DNA from: an uncultured Chloroflexia bacterium
Lineage (GTDB): Bacteria > Chloroflexota > Limnocylindria > Limnocylindrales > CSP1-4
Reading direction: 5' to 3'
Assembly (NCBI GenBank): GCA_963813535.1
Contig: CAWEZH010000002.1
Coordinates: forward strand, 512,001-576,000
DNA length: 64,000 nt
This document shows positions 19,928 to 30,600 of the stretch, one piece after another (position 1 is the stretch's first letter; each line of letters starts with the position of its first letter). Below the pieces are notes generated by a model, which worked only from the letters and a program-made list of their open reading frames with translations, had not been told where the DNA came from and searched no databases. The position numbers and the translations under genes are program-made.

Positions 19928-22147
19928 ATGGCGCGGAGCCCCGCGGCGACGCGGGCGGCGAAGACACCACCGCCGCCGACCGACCCGGTCGAGCTGCTGG
20001 CGACGCCGCTCGCTCGGTCCGGTCTGGGCGCGGCAGCACTCCTGCGGCGGGCGGGCATCCGCCTCGGCTGGTACGACGTTCGTGACCTGCTGTTCCATCT
20101 TCCCCGGCGATACGACGACCTGCGCGAGCTCTCGCACCTCGGGGATCTCGTGTGGGCGGAGGAGGGGACCGTCGTGTCGGCCCGGGTGCGGGTCGAGAAC
20201 GTCCGCGTCGAGGCCTCGTGGCGACGTCGCGTCCAGCGGACGATCGCTCGCCTGAGCGACGAGACCGGTCAGATCGAGGCGACGTGGTTCGGTCGGCGGT
20301 TCATCGAGCGTCGCCTCCATGCGGGTCAGGAGATCGTGGTGTCGGGCCGGCTCAAGCGGTTCGGGCGCAACCTGACGATCGACAACCCGGAGTTCCAGGC
20401 CGTGGACGCCGACGGTGCGGTGCTCCACGCGGGCCGCATCGTGCCGGTCTACCGGTTGACGGCCGGTCTGACCGCGGCGCGGCTCCGGGTCGCCATCCGG
20501 GAGGCCCTCGACAAGGCCGGCCGCGCGTATCCCGAATACCTGCCCGCGGACCTGCGCCGCGACGAACACCTCATCGACGTCGCCGACGCACTCGAGTCGG
20601 CACACTATCCCGAGTCCTTCGAGGGCCGTGACGCGGCGCTGCAGCGGCTGGCATTCGATGAGTTGCTCGCCCTGCAGCTCGGGATGGTCGGGCGCCGCCG
20701 GGCACGTGGACGCGACCGATCGCCCGCCATCGAGATCGACGCGGCGACCGACCGTTCGATCCACACCGCCCTCATCGACGCCCTGACGACGAGAGTCGGG
20801 TTGCCTGTCGAGCTGACCCCGGATCAGGACGGCGCGATCGACGCGATACGCGCGGACCTCGGGCGTTCGACCCCGATGCTTCGGCTCCTCCAGGGCGATG
20901 TCGGCTCGGGCAAGACGGCGGTGGCGGCATATGCCCTCGCAGCGGCTGCCCGGGCCGGCTTCCAGGGTGCGCTGCTAGCACCGACCGATCTCCTCGCGCG
21001 GCAGCACCGCGACACGGTCGGGGCGCTGCTCGAAGGCGCCGGCGTGGGCGTCCTGCTGCTCACGGGATCGCTCAACGCTCGCGACCGGGCGCACGCGAAT
21101 GACCTCATCGCCTCCGGGCAGGCATCGGTGATCGTCGGCACGCACGCGCTGCTGAGCGAGTCGGTCGCATTCGCGCGCCTGGGGCTCGCGGTCATCGACG
21201 AGCAGCATCGATTCGGCGTCGAGCAACGCGGTCAGTTGGAGGCCAAAGCGGGTGGCGACGTCAGCCCGCACGTGCTGCTCATGACCGCGACACCGATCCC
21301 GAGGACGCTCGGGCAGGTGCTGTACGCCGACCTCGACGTGTCCGACCTGCGGACGCCGCCGGCGGGCCGGGTTCCGATCCGGACCGGCATCCGGACGGCG
21401 GATCGTCTCGACCCGACATGGCAGAAGGTGCGCGAGGAGGCAAGCGCCGGGCATCGGACCTTCGTGGTCGTGCCCCTCATCGAGGAGGGCACCGACGGGA
21501 TCGACGACGGCAGTACGGGCGGGGCCGTCGCCGCGGAATCCGAGGCGGAGCGGTTGCAGGAGCTCCTGGTCCCGCTGCGGGTCGGCCTCGTCCACGGCCG
21601 CATGAAGCCGGCCGACCGCGACGCCGAGATGTCGCGTTTCCGCGACGGCGAGATCGACGTCCTGGTCGGCACCACCGTCATCGAGGTGGGCGTGGACGTG
21701 CCTGAGGCGACGATGATGATCATCCAGAACGCCGACCGCTTCGGCCTCGCCCAGCTGCACCAGTTGCGCGGACGTGTCGGTCGCGGGACGGTGGAGTCCT
21801 ACTGCGTCCTCGTGTCCGATTCGACCGATGAGACCGCGGTCGCGCGGCTCAAGGCCGCGGCCGAGCTGAACGACGGCTTCGAGCTCGCGGAGCGCGACTT
21901 CGAGCTGCGCCGGGAGGGGGACGTCCTGGGCTTCGCGCAGAGCGGCCTGCCCGGCCTTCGCGTGGCGTCACTGGCGCGTGGCGATCACCGCGAGCTGGCC
22001 GTCCGCGCTCGTGCGGCCGCCGAGGGATTGCTCGACGAGGCTGGTTCCCTGGACCCGGCCCGGCCGGACCTCGCGCCATTCGCCCGCGAACTCGAGTCGG
22101 GCTGGCTCCGCCGGCTCGTGGCCGCGGATCCCGCGTCCGGCACATGA
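19928..22147 (+). CDS. recG: ATP-dependent DNA helicase RecG
   Basis: QGDVGSGKT, DEQHRFG, MTATPIPRTL, QLHQLRGRVGRG. Confidence 0.97.
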   Translation: MARSPAATRAAKTPPPPTDPVELLATPLARSGLGAAALLRRAGIRLGWYDVRDLLFHLPRRYDDLRELSHLGDLVWAEEGTVVSARVRVENVRVEASWRRRVQRTIARLSDETGQIEATWFGRRFIERRLHAGQEIVVSGRLKRFGRNLTIDNPEFQAVDADGAVLHAGRIVPVYRLTAGLTAARLRVAIREALDKAGRAYPEYLPADLRRDEHLIDVADALESAHYPESFEGRDAALQRLAFDELLALQLGMVGRRRARGRDRSPAIEIDAATDRSIHTALIDALTTRVGLPVELTPDQDGAIDAIRADLGRSTPMLRLLQGDVGSGKTAVAAYALAAAARAGFQGALLAPTDLLARQHRDTVGALLEGAGVGVLLLTGSLNARDRAHANDLIASGQASVIVGTHALLSESVAFARLGLAVIDEQHRFGVEQRGQLEAKAGGDVSPHVLLMTATPIPRTLGQVLYADLDVSDLRTPPAGRVPIRTGIRTADRLDPTWQKVREEASAGHRTFVVVPLIEEGTDGIDDGSTGGAVAAESEAERLQELLVPLRVGLVHGRMKPADRDAEMSRFRDGEIDVLVGTTVIEVGVDVPEATMMIIQNADRFGLAQLHQLRGRVGRGTVESYCVLVSDSTDETAVARLKAAAELNDGFELAERDFELRREGDVLGFAQSGLPGLRVASLARGDHRELAVRARAAAEGLLDEAGSLDPARPDLAPFARELESGWLRRLVAADPASGT

Positions 22148-22156
22148 CTCACCGCG

Positions 22157-22768
22157 ATGGCTGACGCGGGCCGGGTCATCGCCGGCAGCGCTCGGTCGAT
22201 CCGACTCGACGCCCCTGGTCCCGGGACGCGCCCGATGGCAGACCGTGTCAAGCAGACGCTCTTCGGGATCCTCGAACCGGACCTGCCGGAGGCCCGCTTC
22301 CTCGATCTCTTCGCCGGGAGTGGCGCGGGCGGGATCGAGGCGCTGTCGCGCGGAGCCAGCCACGCCACCTTCGTCGAGCGGGATGCCCGGGCCATCCGCA
22401 CGATCCGCGCCAACCTGGAGCGGACGGGGTTGGTCGCCGCAGATCGCGCGACCGTGGTCCGTGCCGACGTGCTGACCTGGCTGCGCGACCCGGCCCGCGC
22501 GTCGGCGGCGAGATACGACGTGGTGCTCGTGGATCCGCCGTACGACGACACGGCCGCTCTGACGGCGGCGCTCGAGGATCTCGGCCGGCAGGTGGCGGCG
22601 ACCGGCCGGGTCGTGGCCAAGCACTTCTGGCGGACGCCACCGCCGGCCACGGTCGGGCTGCTAGCATCCGATCGCGTGCGTCGCTTCGGCGACACGGCGC
22701 TGACCTTCTACCGCCTGCGCGACCCGACAGGGTCGGCGAGCGACGATGCCAGCACGGAGGACGGATGA
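22157..22768 (+). CDS. rsmD: 16S rRNA m2G966 methyltransferase
   Basis: RVIAG, TRP..DRVK, LDLFAGSG, DPPY. Confidence 0.94.
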   Translation: MADAGRVIAGSARSIRLDAPGPGTRPMADRVKQTLFGILEPDLPEARFLDLFAGSGAGGIEALSRGASHATFVERDARAIRTIRANLERTGLVAADRATVVRADVLTWLRDPARASAARYDVVLVDPPYDDTAALTAALEDLGRQVAATGRVVAKHFWRTPPPATVGLLASDRVRRFGDTALTFYRLRDPTGSASDDASTEDG

Positions 22769-23259
22769 GCGTCGCGGTCTACCCGGGCTCGTTCGACCCG
22801 ATCACGAACGGCCACCTCGACATCGTCGAGCGGGCCGCGAGCGTCTTCGACACCGTGGTCGTCGCCGTCCTGGCCAATCCGAAGAAGGCCCCGCTCCTAT
22901 CGGTCGAGGAGCGGATGGAGGTCATCCGCGCCGCCCTCGCCGCGCACGACGTGGCGGACGAGCGGATCGAGGTCACGTCCTTCGAGGGCCTCACGGTCGA
23001 GTTCGCCCGGGCACGTGGCGCCAGCGCGATCGTCCGCGGTCTCCGGGCGATCAGCGACTTCGAGTCGGAGATGCAGCTCGCCCACAACAATCGGGTCCTG
23101 GCGCCCGAGGTCGACACCATGTTCTTCATGACCTCGGCCGCCAACAGTTACGTCAGCTCGAGCCTGGTCAAGGAGATCGCCGCGTTCGGTGGCGATGTCT
23201 CGACCATGGTCCCGACCGCGGCCAGGGCGGCACTGGAGCGGGCGCTGGGGCGTCGCTGA
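22765..23259 (+). CDS. coaD: phosphopantetheine adenylyltransferase
   Basis: YPGSFDPITNGH, RGLR..SDFE.E, VSSSLVKE. Confidence 0.97.
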   Translation: MSVAVYPGSFDPITNGHLDIVERAASVFDTVVVAVLANPKKAPLLSVEERMEVIRAALAAHDVADERIEVTSFEGLTVEFARARGASAIVRGLRAISDFESEMQLAHNNRVLAPEVDTMFFMTSAANSYVSSSLVKEIAAFGGDVSTMVPTAARAALERALGRR

Positions 23260-23271
23260 CCGAGCGGCCCG

Positions 23272-23280
23272 TGCCATAAT
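23272..23280 (+). promoter_or_regulatory. putative extended -10 element TG-C-CATAAT
   Basis: Located between the coaD stop and the AGGAGG SD at 23290. Confidence 0.5.
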
Positions 23281-23304
23281 CGACGACGCAGGAGGGCCAT
23301 CGAC

Positions 23305-23871
23305 ATCGACATCATCTTCCTCGTGGAGCGCCTCGAGTCGCTGATCGCCAACGGCAAGAAGCTGCCGCTCACGACGAACGTGGTGGTCGACCAGAACGCG
23401 GCGCTGGGCCTCATCGACGAGCTCCGGGTGGCCGTGCCCGAGGAGGTCCGTGCGGCCAAGCGGATCAACTCCGAGGGTGAGCGCATCATCGAGAAGGCCC
23501 AGGAGGAGTCGGAGCGCATCGTCGGCCGAGCCCAGGAGCAGGCAGCCTTCCTGATCGACGAGCGTGGGCTCACGCAGGCGGCCGACGCCGAGAGCCGCCG
23601 CATCATCGAGGATGCCCACGCCGATGCCGACCGGATCCGCGCCGGCGCCGACGAGTACGCCGTGAGCGTCCTCGAGGGCCTCGAGACAGACGTCCACAAG
23701 ACCCTGCAGAGCATCGAGAAGGGTCTCAACCTGCTCGACGAGCGCCGCGCCACGTTGCTGGCGACGACCGCGCCGATCGATGACGAAGCGCTCCCGCCGG
23801 ACGGCGAGTTCGTCGAGGACGATCAGTTTCACGACGAGGCGGAGGACGCCGCAGCGCCCGCCCGGACTTGA
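23305..23871 (+). CDS. conserved coiled-coil protein between coaD and yceD (ATP synthase b/DivIVA-like); probable ATC start
   Basis: LVERLE.LI..GKKLPLT...L..IDELR.AVPEE, heptad repeats, GADEYA; AGGAGG 9 nt before ATC 23305. Confidence 0.8.
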   Translation: MDIIFLVERLESLIANGKKLPLTTNVVVDQNAALGLIDELRVAVPEEVRAAKRINSEGERIIEKAQEESERIVGRAQEQAAFLIDERGLTQAADAESRRIIEDAHADADRIRAGADEYAVSVLEGLETDVHKTLQSIEKGLNLLDERRATLLATTAPIDDEALPPDGEFVEDDQFHDEAEDAAAPART

Positions 23872-24425
23872 CCGCCGTGAGCGCCCCTTCGACCGACAGC
23901 CCGCTGACGTGGAACGTGGCGGGCCTCCTCTCGGATGGCGTCGGTGCCGACCGGTCGTATGACGTCTCTGACGTCTCGATCGACCTGCCCGACGACCTCC
24001 AGCTCGCCTCGCCGATCGCCGGCCAGGTGCGCGTCAGTCGAACCAATCGCGGCATCCTCGCCGACGCACGACTTTCGACGTCGCTCGCCGGCGAGTGCGC
24101 CCGCTGTCTGCGGCCGCTGACGACGCCGATCGACATCGTGCTGAGCGAGGAGTACCTGCCGTCGATCGACCTCGCGAGCGGCCGGCCGCTTGACACGGAG
24201 TCGGAGCCGGAGGTCCTTCGCCTCACCGATCACCACGAGGTGGATCTCGAACCGCCCGTGCGCGACGCGATCTCGCTTGCTGAGCCGATCGCCCCGCTCG
24301 ACCGGCCCGATTGCCCGGGTCTGTGCGCGGTCTGCGGTCTGCCACTCGACGAGGGCGAACACGACCATCCGGACGACGACATCGACCCTCGCCTCGAGGC
24401 CTTGAAGGCATTCAAGCCCGACTGA
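23868..24425 (+). CDS. yceD: YceD/DUF177 family protein
   Basis: ECARCL, C.GLC..CG, DPRLEALK; upstream of rpmF. Confidence 0.9.
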   Translation: MTAVSAPSTDSPLTWNVAGLLSDGVGADRSYDVSDVSIDLPDDLQLASPIAGQVRVSRTNRGILADARLSTSLAGECARCLRPLTTPIDIVLSEEYLPSIDLASGRPLDTESEPEVLRLTDHHEVDLEPPVRDAISLAEPIAPLDRPDCPGLCAVCGLPLDEGEHDHPDDDIDPRLEALKAFKPD

Positions 24426-24644
24426 AGCGATCGTGCGTGGCTTGCTCCCGCTGGCGGATCAGGAGTGCGCGCCGTCGGCGCACCCGAGCGGGATCGCCGG
24501 TCCAGGCGCCCGCCGACCGACCAAGGACGCTGACGGTCGAGCACGTTTCGCGGTAGACTCCGCCGTCGGCGCGAAGCGCGCTCCCATCCCGAGCGCCGCC
24601 CGTACCGAACCCGCACCACGAAACGAAGGAGCCCACGAGACCCC

Positions 24645-24857
24645 ATGGGTGTACCCAAGCGACGCGTCTCGCACGCGCGCCAGGGCGAGCGTCGCTCGCA
24701 CCTCGCCATCGACCTGCCCGACCTCGAGGAGTGTTCGCACTGCCACGAGATGAAGTTGCCGCACCGCGTCTGCCCGAATTGCGGGTACTACCAGGGCCGC
24801 CTGGCTGTGCCGCCCAAGCCGGTCAGCAGCAGCGGCGGCGACGACGCCTCGCGCTGA
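24645..24857 (+). CDS. rpmF: 50S ribosomal protein L32
   Basis: MGVPKRRVSHAR..RRSH, CSHC..LPHRVCPNCGYY. Confidence 0.96.
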   Translation: MGVPKRRVSHARQGERRSHLAIDLPDLEECSHCHEMKLPHRVCPNCGYYQGRLAVPPKPVSSSGGDDASR

Positions 24858-24861
24858 TCCG

Positions 24862-25896
24862 GTGGTCCGCGTCGCCTTCGACGCGATGGGCGGCGACCAC
24901 GGCCCGGCCGAGGTCGTCCCAGGTGTCCTCGACTACGCCCGCGCGCATCCAGACGTCGAGCTGATCCTCGTCGGCGACACCGACACCGTCCGTGGGATCG
25001 CCGGCCCGCTCCCCGACAACGTCCGCATCGTCCACGCCGGTTCCGTCGTCGGCATGGACGAGCACCCGGCGCAGGCGATCCGGGAGAAGAAGGACTCGTC
25101 GATCCTCGTGGCCACGCAGCTCGTCCGCGATGGCGAGGCTGACGCGGTCGTGACCGCCGGCCACACCGGTGCGGGGATGGCGGCCGGCATCCTCAAGCTC
25201 GGCCGGCTGCCGGGCGTCGACCGGCCCGGGCTGGCCGTCCAGATGGTGACGGACACGGGGCCGATGGTGCTCATCGACATCGGTGCCAACCCCGACTCGA
25301 CACCGGAGAACCTCGCCCAGTACGCGCGGATGGGCGCCATCTTCGCCGAGCGCGTCCTGGGTGTCGACACGCCGCGCGTCGCGTTGCTGAGCATCGGCGA
25401 GGAGAAGGGCAAGGGCGATGCGCGGATCCAGCGCGCGACCGATCTGCTAGACGCGTCGACGCTTCGGTTCGTCGGCAACGTCGAGGGCCGCGACCTGACC
25501 AAGCATCTCGCCGACGTCGTCGTGACCGACGCTGTCGCGGGCAATGTGGTGATCAAGTTCTTCGAGGGGCTCTCGAGCTTCATCTTCGACCTGTGGCGAG
25601 CCGAGTTCCGGCGGACGTGGCGAGGCCGGCTCGCGTACCTGTTGATGCGCCCGGGCATCACCCGCATCCGGTCGGCGTTCGACTACGAGATGCACGGCGG
25701 ATCCCCGTTGCTCGGGGTGAAGGGGACGGTCATCATCACCCACGGCAGCGCGAGGCGGCGGATGATCGGGTTCGCCTGCGACGTGGCCGCGCGGACAGCC
25801 GCCGCGAAGGTCCCGGAGCTCATCGCAGAGGCACTCGCCGCGGACAACGAACGGCTGGCCGGTGTTCCGGCGGCGAGCGAGGAGGTGGCGACGTGA
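24862..25896 (+). CDS. plsX: phosphate acyltransferase PlsX
   Basis: DAMGGDHGP, AGHTGA, DIGAN, GNVEG, LLGV, HGS. Confidence 0.96.
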   Translation: MVRVAFDAMGGDHGPAEVVPGVLDYARAHPDVELILVGDTDTVRGIAGPLPDNVRIVHAGSVVGMDEHPAQAIREKKDSSILVATQLVRDGEADAVVTAGHTGAGMAAGILKLGRLPGVDRPGLAVQMVTDTGPMVLIDIGANPDSTPENLAQYARMGAIFAERVLGVDTPRVALLSIGEEKGKGDARIQRATDLLDASTLRFVGNVEGRDLTKHLADVVVTDAVAGNVVIKFFEGLSSFIFDLWRAEFRRTWRGRLAYLLMRPGITRIRSAFDYEMHGGSPLLGVKGTVIITHGSARRRMIGFACDVAARTAAAKVPELIAEALAADNERLAGVPAASEEVAT

Positions 25897-26207
25897 CCGG
25901 TCCGGACCTGACGGTCGGCAAGGCCGTCATCGCCGAGCTCGTCAAGACCGCGGCCTTCGAGGTGCCGGGCGTCGCCCGTGTGGGTCACGGCGGCCCGACC
26001 TGGCGGGGCATGCTCGCCGGACCGGCCGTGCGCGTCCGCGTGGTCGACGACCGCGTCCTCGTGCGTCTGCGGATCGTCGCTCGGCCGGGTCATGCCCTCG
26101 GTCCGCTGACGGCCCAGGTCCGGACCGCGGTCGCCGCCACGGTCGAGCGGTTGCTCGGGCTCGACCTCGGTGCGGTGACGGTCATCGTGGATGGCGTCGG
26201 AGGCTGA
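25893..26207 (+). CDS. Asp23/Gls24 family protein (YqhY-like)
   Basis: VIAELVKTAAFEVPGV...QVR.AV...VE.LLGL....VTVIVDGV; upstream of nusB. Confidence 0.78.
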   Translation: MTGPDLTVGKAVIAELVKTAAFEVPGVARVGHGGPTWRGMLAGPAVRVRVVDDRVLVRLRIVARPGHALGPLTAQVRTAVAATVERLLGLDLGAVTVIVDGVGG

Positions 26208-26691
26208 CCGGCAGCGCGGACGGCGGACGGGACGTCGACTTGCGCTCGCCGCGATCTTCGAAGCCGACTTCGGGCAGCGCACCGCGGAAGCGATCCTCGA
26301 ACGCCATCTCGCCGACACGGAGCGGGACCCCGTGGCGGCCGAACTGGCCCGCGAACTGGTCGCCGCGGTGGTCCGCCACCGCGCCGAGATCGACGCCGTG
26401 ATCGACCGCGTGGCGCCCCGCTATCCCGTCACCAGCATGGCCAAGATGGACCGTGCCTTGCTCCGATCGGCCGTCGGTGAGGTGCTACACTCCGGCACGC
26501 CGGCCCGGGTGGCCATCGCCGAGTGGGTCGAGCTGGCACGCATCTACAGCGGAGAGCCGATGCGACGCCTGATGAACGGCGTTCTCGGGACGATCTCCCC
26601 AGACCCCAGCTCCGAGGAGGGAGTCAGTGGCCACAACGTACGACCGGCTCAAGAAGATCGTCGTCGAGCAACTCGGCGCCGACGAGGATGA
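26191..26691 (+). CDS. nusB: transcription antitermination factor NusB
   Basis: [40 protein letters not shown]. Confidence 0.88.
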   Translation: MASEADRQRGRRTGRRLALAAIFEADFGQRTAEAILERHLADTERDPVAAELARELVAAVVRHRAEIDAVIDRVAPRYPVTSMAKMDRALLRSAVGEVLHSGTPARVAIAEWVELARIYSGEPMRRLMNGVLGTISPDPSSEEGVSGHNVRPAQEDRRRATRRRRG

Positions 26692-26863
26692 GGTCAAGCC
26701 GGAGGCGTCGTTCGTCGACGACCTGAATGCGGACTCCCTCGACCTCGTCGAGTTGATCATGAGCCTGGAGGAAGAATTCGGGACGGAGATCTCGGACGAG
26801 GATGCCGAGAAGATCCGGACCGTCCAGGACGCCGTCGACTACATCGACGAGCACTCCTCCTAA
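26627..26863 (+). CDS. acpP: acyl carrier protein
   Basis: [14 protein letters not shown] phosphopantetheinylation motif. Confidence 0.97.
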   Translation: MATTYDRLKKIVVEQLGADEDEVKPEASFVDDLNADSLDLVELIMSLEEEFGTEISDEDAEKIRTVQDAVDYIDEHSS

Positions 26864-26885
26864 CAGGTCGTTCGCCACGTCCGAG

Positions 26886-27683
26886 GTGCGTCCCGGACAG
26901 GCCGTCGCCGAGCGTCTCGGGCTCCCCGTCCGGGACCTGGACCTCATCGAACAGGCTCTGGTCCATTCCTCGTGGCTGCACGAGCATCCCGACGCCGCGC
27001 GAGGCCACAACGAACGGCTCGAATTCCTCGGTGATGCCGTCGTGAACCTGATGATCTCGGAGGCGTTGTACGCGCGGCACCCGGAGGACGACGAGGGCGC
27101 GTTGTCGGCGCGTCGCGCCGCCATCGTCTCGACCACCGGTCTCTCGCGTCTCGCGGGTCGGATCGAGCTCGGCCGGTATCTGCTCCTCGGGGAGGGGGAG
27201 TCGCAGCGGAGCGGCAGACGTCGGCCGTCGCTCCTGGCCTCCTCGTTCGAAGCGCTTGCCGGGGCGCTGTACCTGGACCTCGGCTACGACGTCGTCAGTC
27301 GCTGGCTGGAGGCCCTCGCCGACCCTGAACTGGCGCTCGAGGCGCCGGTCCTGTCACTCAAGAGCCCGAAGTCGCGTTTGCAGGAATACACACAACGGCG
27401 GTCGGGCGAGCGACCGGACTACCGGCTCATCGAGGCGTCCGGGCCCGACCACGAGAAGTCGTTCCGGATCGAGGTCTGGGTCGACGGAGAGTTGCTCGGT
27501 GCGGGTGAGGGCCCGTCGCGACGGACCGCGGAGACCTCCGCGGCCGCCCAGGCGATCGAGCGCATCCGCGCCGAGCGAGCTGCCGGGCAGCAGGCGGTCA
27601 AGAGCGATGCCGCACCGACGCCGGGACGTCGCGGGACGAGCGTTCGCCGCCAGACGCCCGAGCGGCAGCGACGGCCGGCCTGA
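26886..27683 (+). CDS. rnc: ribonuclease III (start approximate)
   Basis: HNERLEFLGDAV, FEALAGALYLD, dsRBD PKSRLQE..GPDH. Confidence 0.95.
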   Translation: MRPGQAVAERLGLPVRDLDLIEQALVHSSWLHEHPDAARGHNERLEFLGDAVVNLMISEALYARHPEDDEGALSARRAAIVSTTGLSRLAGRIELGRYLLLGEGESQRSGRRRPSLLASSFEALAGALYLDLGYDVVSRWLEALADPELALEAPVLSLKSPKSRLQEYTQRRSGERPDYRLIEASGPDHEKSFRIEVWVDGELLGAGEGPSRRTAETSAAAQAIERIRAERAAGQQAVKSDAAPTPGRRGTSVRRQTPERQRRPA

Positions 27684-30600
27684 TGGCATCGACGCCGGCA
27701 CCGCCCCGCCTGCTTGCCCTTCGCGTCCAGGGCTTCAAGTCGTTCGCCGAGCGGACCAACGTCGAGTTCGGCGGGGGCATCAGCGCGGTCGTCGGGCCGA
27801 ACGGGTCGGGCAAGAGCAACCTTGCGGATGCGCTGCGCTGGGCGCTCGGTGAGCAGGGTCGAGCCCTCCGGTCGCGCAAGTCCGAGGACGTGATCTGGGC
27901 CGGCTCCGAGAAACGCACTGCCCAGGGCATGGCCGACGTCACGCTCACCCTCGACAACGCCGACGCACTCCTCCCGGTCGACTTCCAGGTGATCGAGTTC
28001 GGACGGCGGCTGTATCGCAGCGGCGAGAACGAATACCTGCTCAACAAGCAGCGCGTCCGGCTGCGTGACCTCATCGACCTGCTGGACGCCGCACATCTCG
28101 CCGACAACGCCTTCCTGTTCATCGGCCAGGGGATGGTCGACCAGGCGCTGGCGCTCCGGCCCGAGGAACGGCGGCCGTTGTTCGAAGAGGTCGCCGGCGT
28201 CCGGCGCCACGAACGTCGCCGGCGCAAGGCCGAGGATCAGCTCGCCGAGTCCGAAGCGAACCTCAGCCGGGTCGACGACATCCTGGCGGAGCTCAGGCCG
28301 CAGGCGCGTCGCCTGGCCGCCCAGGCCGAGCAGCAGACGGCGCGCTCGTCGATCGCCGATGAGCTCGCCTCCGCATTGCTCGCCTCGACCCACGCCCGCT
28401 GGCACGAGGCAGCCGCCCGGCTCGCGGCGGCCACCGAGCGCCGAACCTCCGCGGAGGCCGATACGGCCCGGGCGATGGCCGAGCTCGAGGAGGCCGAAGC
28501 GGTTGCGGCGGGCCTGGCAGGCGAGCTGTCTACGCGTGCCGACGCCGAGCGCGACCGACGCGAGGCCCATGAGACCGCTCGAGTCGCGCTCACCGAGCTG
28601 CAGCTCCGGGACGGCCGGCTTGGGTCGGAGCTCGACGCGATCGAGCGGGACCGGACACGCCTCGCTGACGAGCGGGCCGCCGCCGAGGCGGAGCTCACGC
28701 TCCACCGTCGGGCGATCGCGGCCCCGGTCCCGGCGCGCGACCTCGATCTCGAAGCTGCCGTGACGGCGGCAGAGCGGGAGCTGGCCGATGCCTTGGCCGA
28801 GCTCGCGACGCTCCGGTCCCGGTCGACGGCCCGTGGCGAGGAGCTGGCGGCCGTCCGACGCGCCGAGGCGGCGAAAACCGCCGAGGAGGAGACCACTCGC
28901 CGCCGCCTGGCCGAGGCGGAACGGCAAGCTGCCACGGAACGGTCGGCGGCCGAGGCCTCCGCTGCTCGCCGAGACGAAGCGACCGCCCGATCCGAGACGG
29001 CACGGCGGGCGCTCGAGTTCGCACTCGGGGCCGAGCGATCGGCACAGGCCGCGGTCGAGACCACACGCGCGGCCCTGGAGACCGCCGTGGCGGAACGGGC
29101 TGCTGCGGCGGAACGACTCGCATCGGCGTCGAGCGCCGCCGCGGCGCTTCGGGGTCGGGTGGAGTCGCTCGCGTCGCAGCTCGACGAGGATGAGCGGCGG
29201 CCGATCGCTCGAGCGGCGCGGAAGAGCGGCGGCCGTCGTCTCGATGAGGACCTGGTGGTCGACCCGGATCTACGGGCCGCCGTGGAGGCGGCGCTCGCCG
29301 ATCGTGCTCGTGCATACCTCGTGCGAGCGGCGGCCGTGACGGATCTGACGGGTGAGCGCGGACGGCTCGTGGTCGAGGAGCGACTGACCGCGGGCAGCGG
29401 CGCGCAGGATGCCGCCACTCGCCGGTGGCTCGACAGCGTGGCAGGGGCCGGTGGCGGTCGCCTTGCCGATGCGGTCCGGCGAGATGCGGCCGGCGGCGTG
29501 CGTCGGCTGCTCGACCGCGTCGTCTGGCTGCCGGACCTGGCGACCTGCCTCGACCTGCAGCACGTCATGCCGGCCGGCTGGCTGGCGGTCGCACGTGATG
29601 GCTCCGCGGTCGTGGACGACACCGGCGTCGCGCTCGGCGCGCCTGATGGCGCCCTCGAGCGTCGCGCCGACCACGTCCGCCTGGCGACCGATCTCGAGCG
29701 GATCGATGCGGAGCTCGACGACCTTCGCACGATGGCGGACGCGACGGCAGGGACCACGACGCGCGCTCGATCGGCATTCGACGCCGCGCGAGCCGAGCTG
29801 GCACGCCTCGCTGGCGAGCGACGTCGCAGCGAGGAAGGTGAGCGGTCGGACGTCCGCGACACCGAGACCGCCACCCGCGAGGCCGCATGGCACGCAGCAC
29901 AACACGAGCGACTCGAGGCGGATGTCGCCCGGCTCCGTGCGGAGGTGCCGGTCGCTTCGGACGAGGTCGCGGGCGCAGACGCGGGCGGCTCCGACGAGGA
30001 CGGCAGTGCGACCGCCGCGTGGGAAGCGCGCGCGACCGAGCTCCGCGACCGACGCGACCGGCTTGCGGCGCGACTCGGGGCGAACGATGGCGCACGCCGC
30101 GACGCCGAGCACGCCCGAGCGCGGGCGGAGGCGTCGAGCTCGATCGCTGAGGAGCGGATCGGCCGGGCGGACCGTGAGTCGACGGCCCTCGTCGACCGCG
30201 AGACGAGCCTCGCCGCGGACCATGACCGGATCCGTGGCGAACTGGCGACCGCCACGACACGCGAGCGAGAGGCCCGCGAGGCGCTGGCGTCATTGCACTC
30301 GGCGGATGCCGCCGACCGCTCCCTCCTGGCCGACGCCGAACGCGCCGCATCCACGGCCCGGGACAAGCTCCGATCCGCTGACGACCGGGCGCGTGCCGCC
30401 GACCACGCGGAGCTCGAGGCACGGCTGGGCCTCGAATCACTGAAGGAAGGCGTCCTCGTCGAGCTCGCTGGGCTCGGTGATCTCGGCTTCGCCAGCCTCG
30501 GGATCACGCGCCCTGAGCCGCCGCCAGCGCCCGATCCCCCTTCGGTCGATGAAGTTCGGGTCGAGGATGCCGACGCTGCCGACGCCGATGGACCGGAAGC

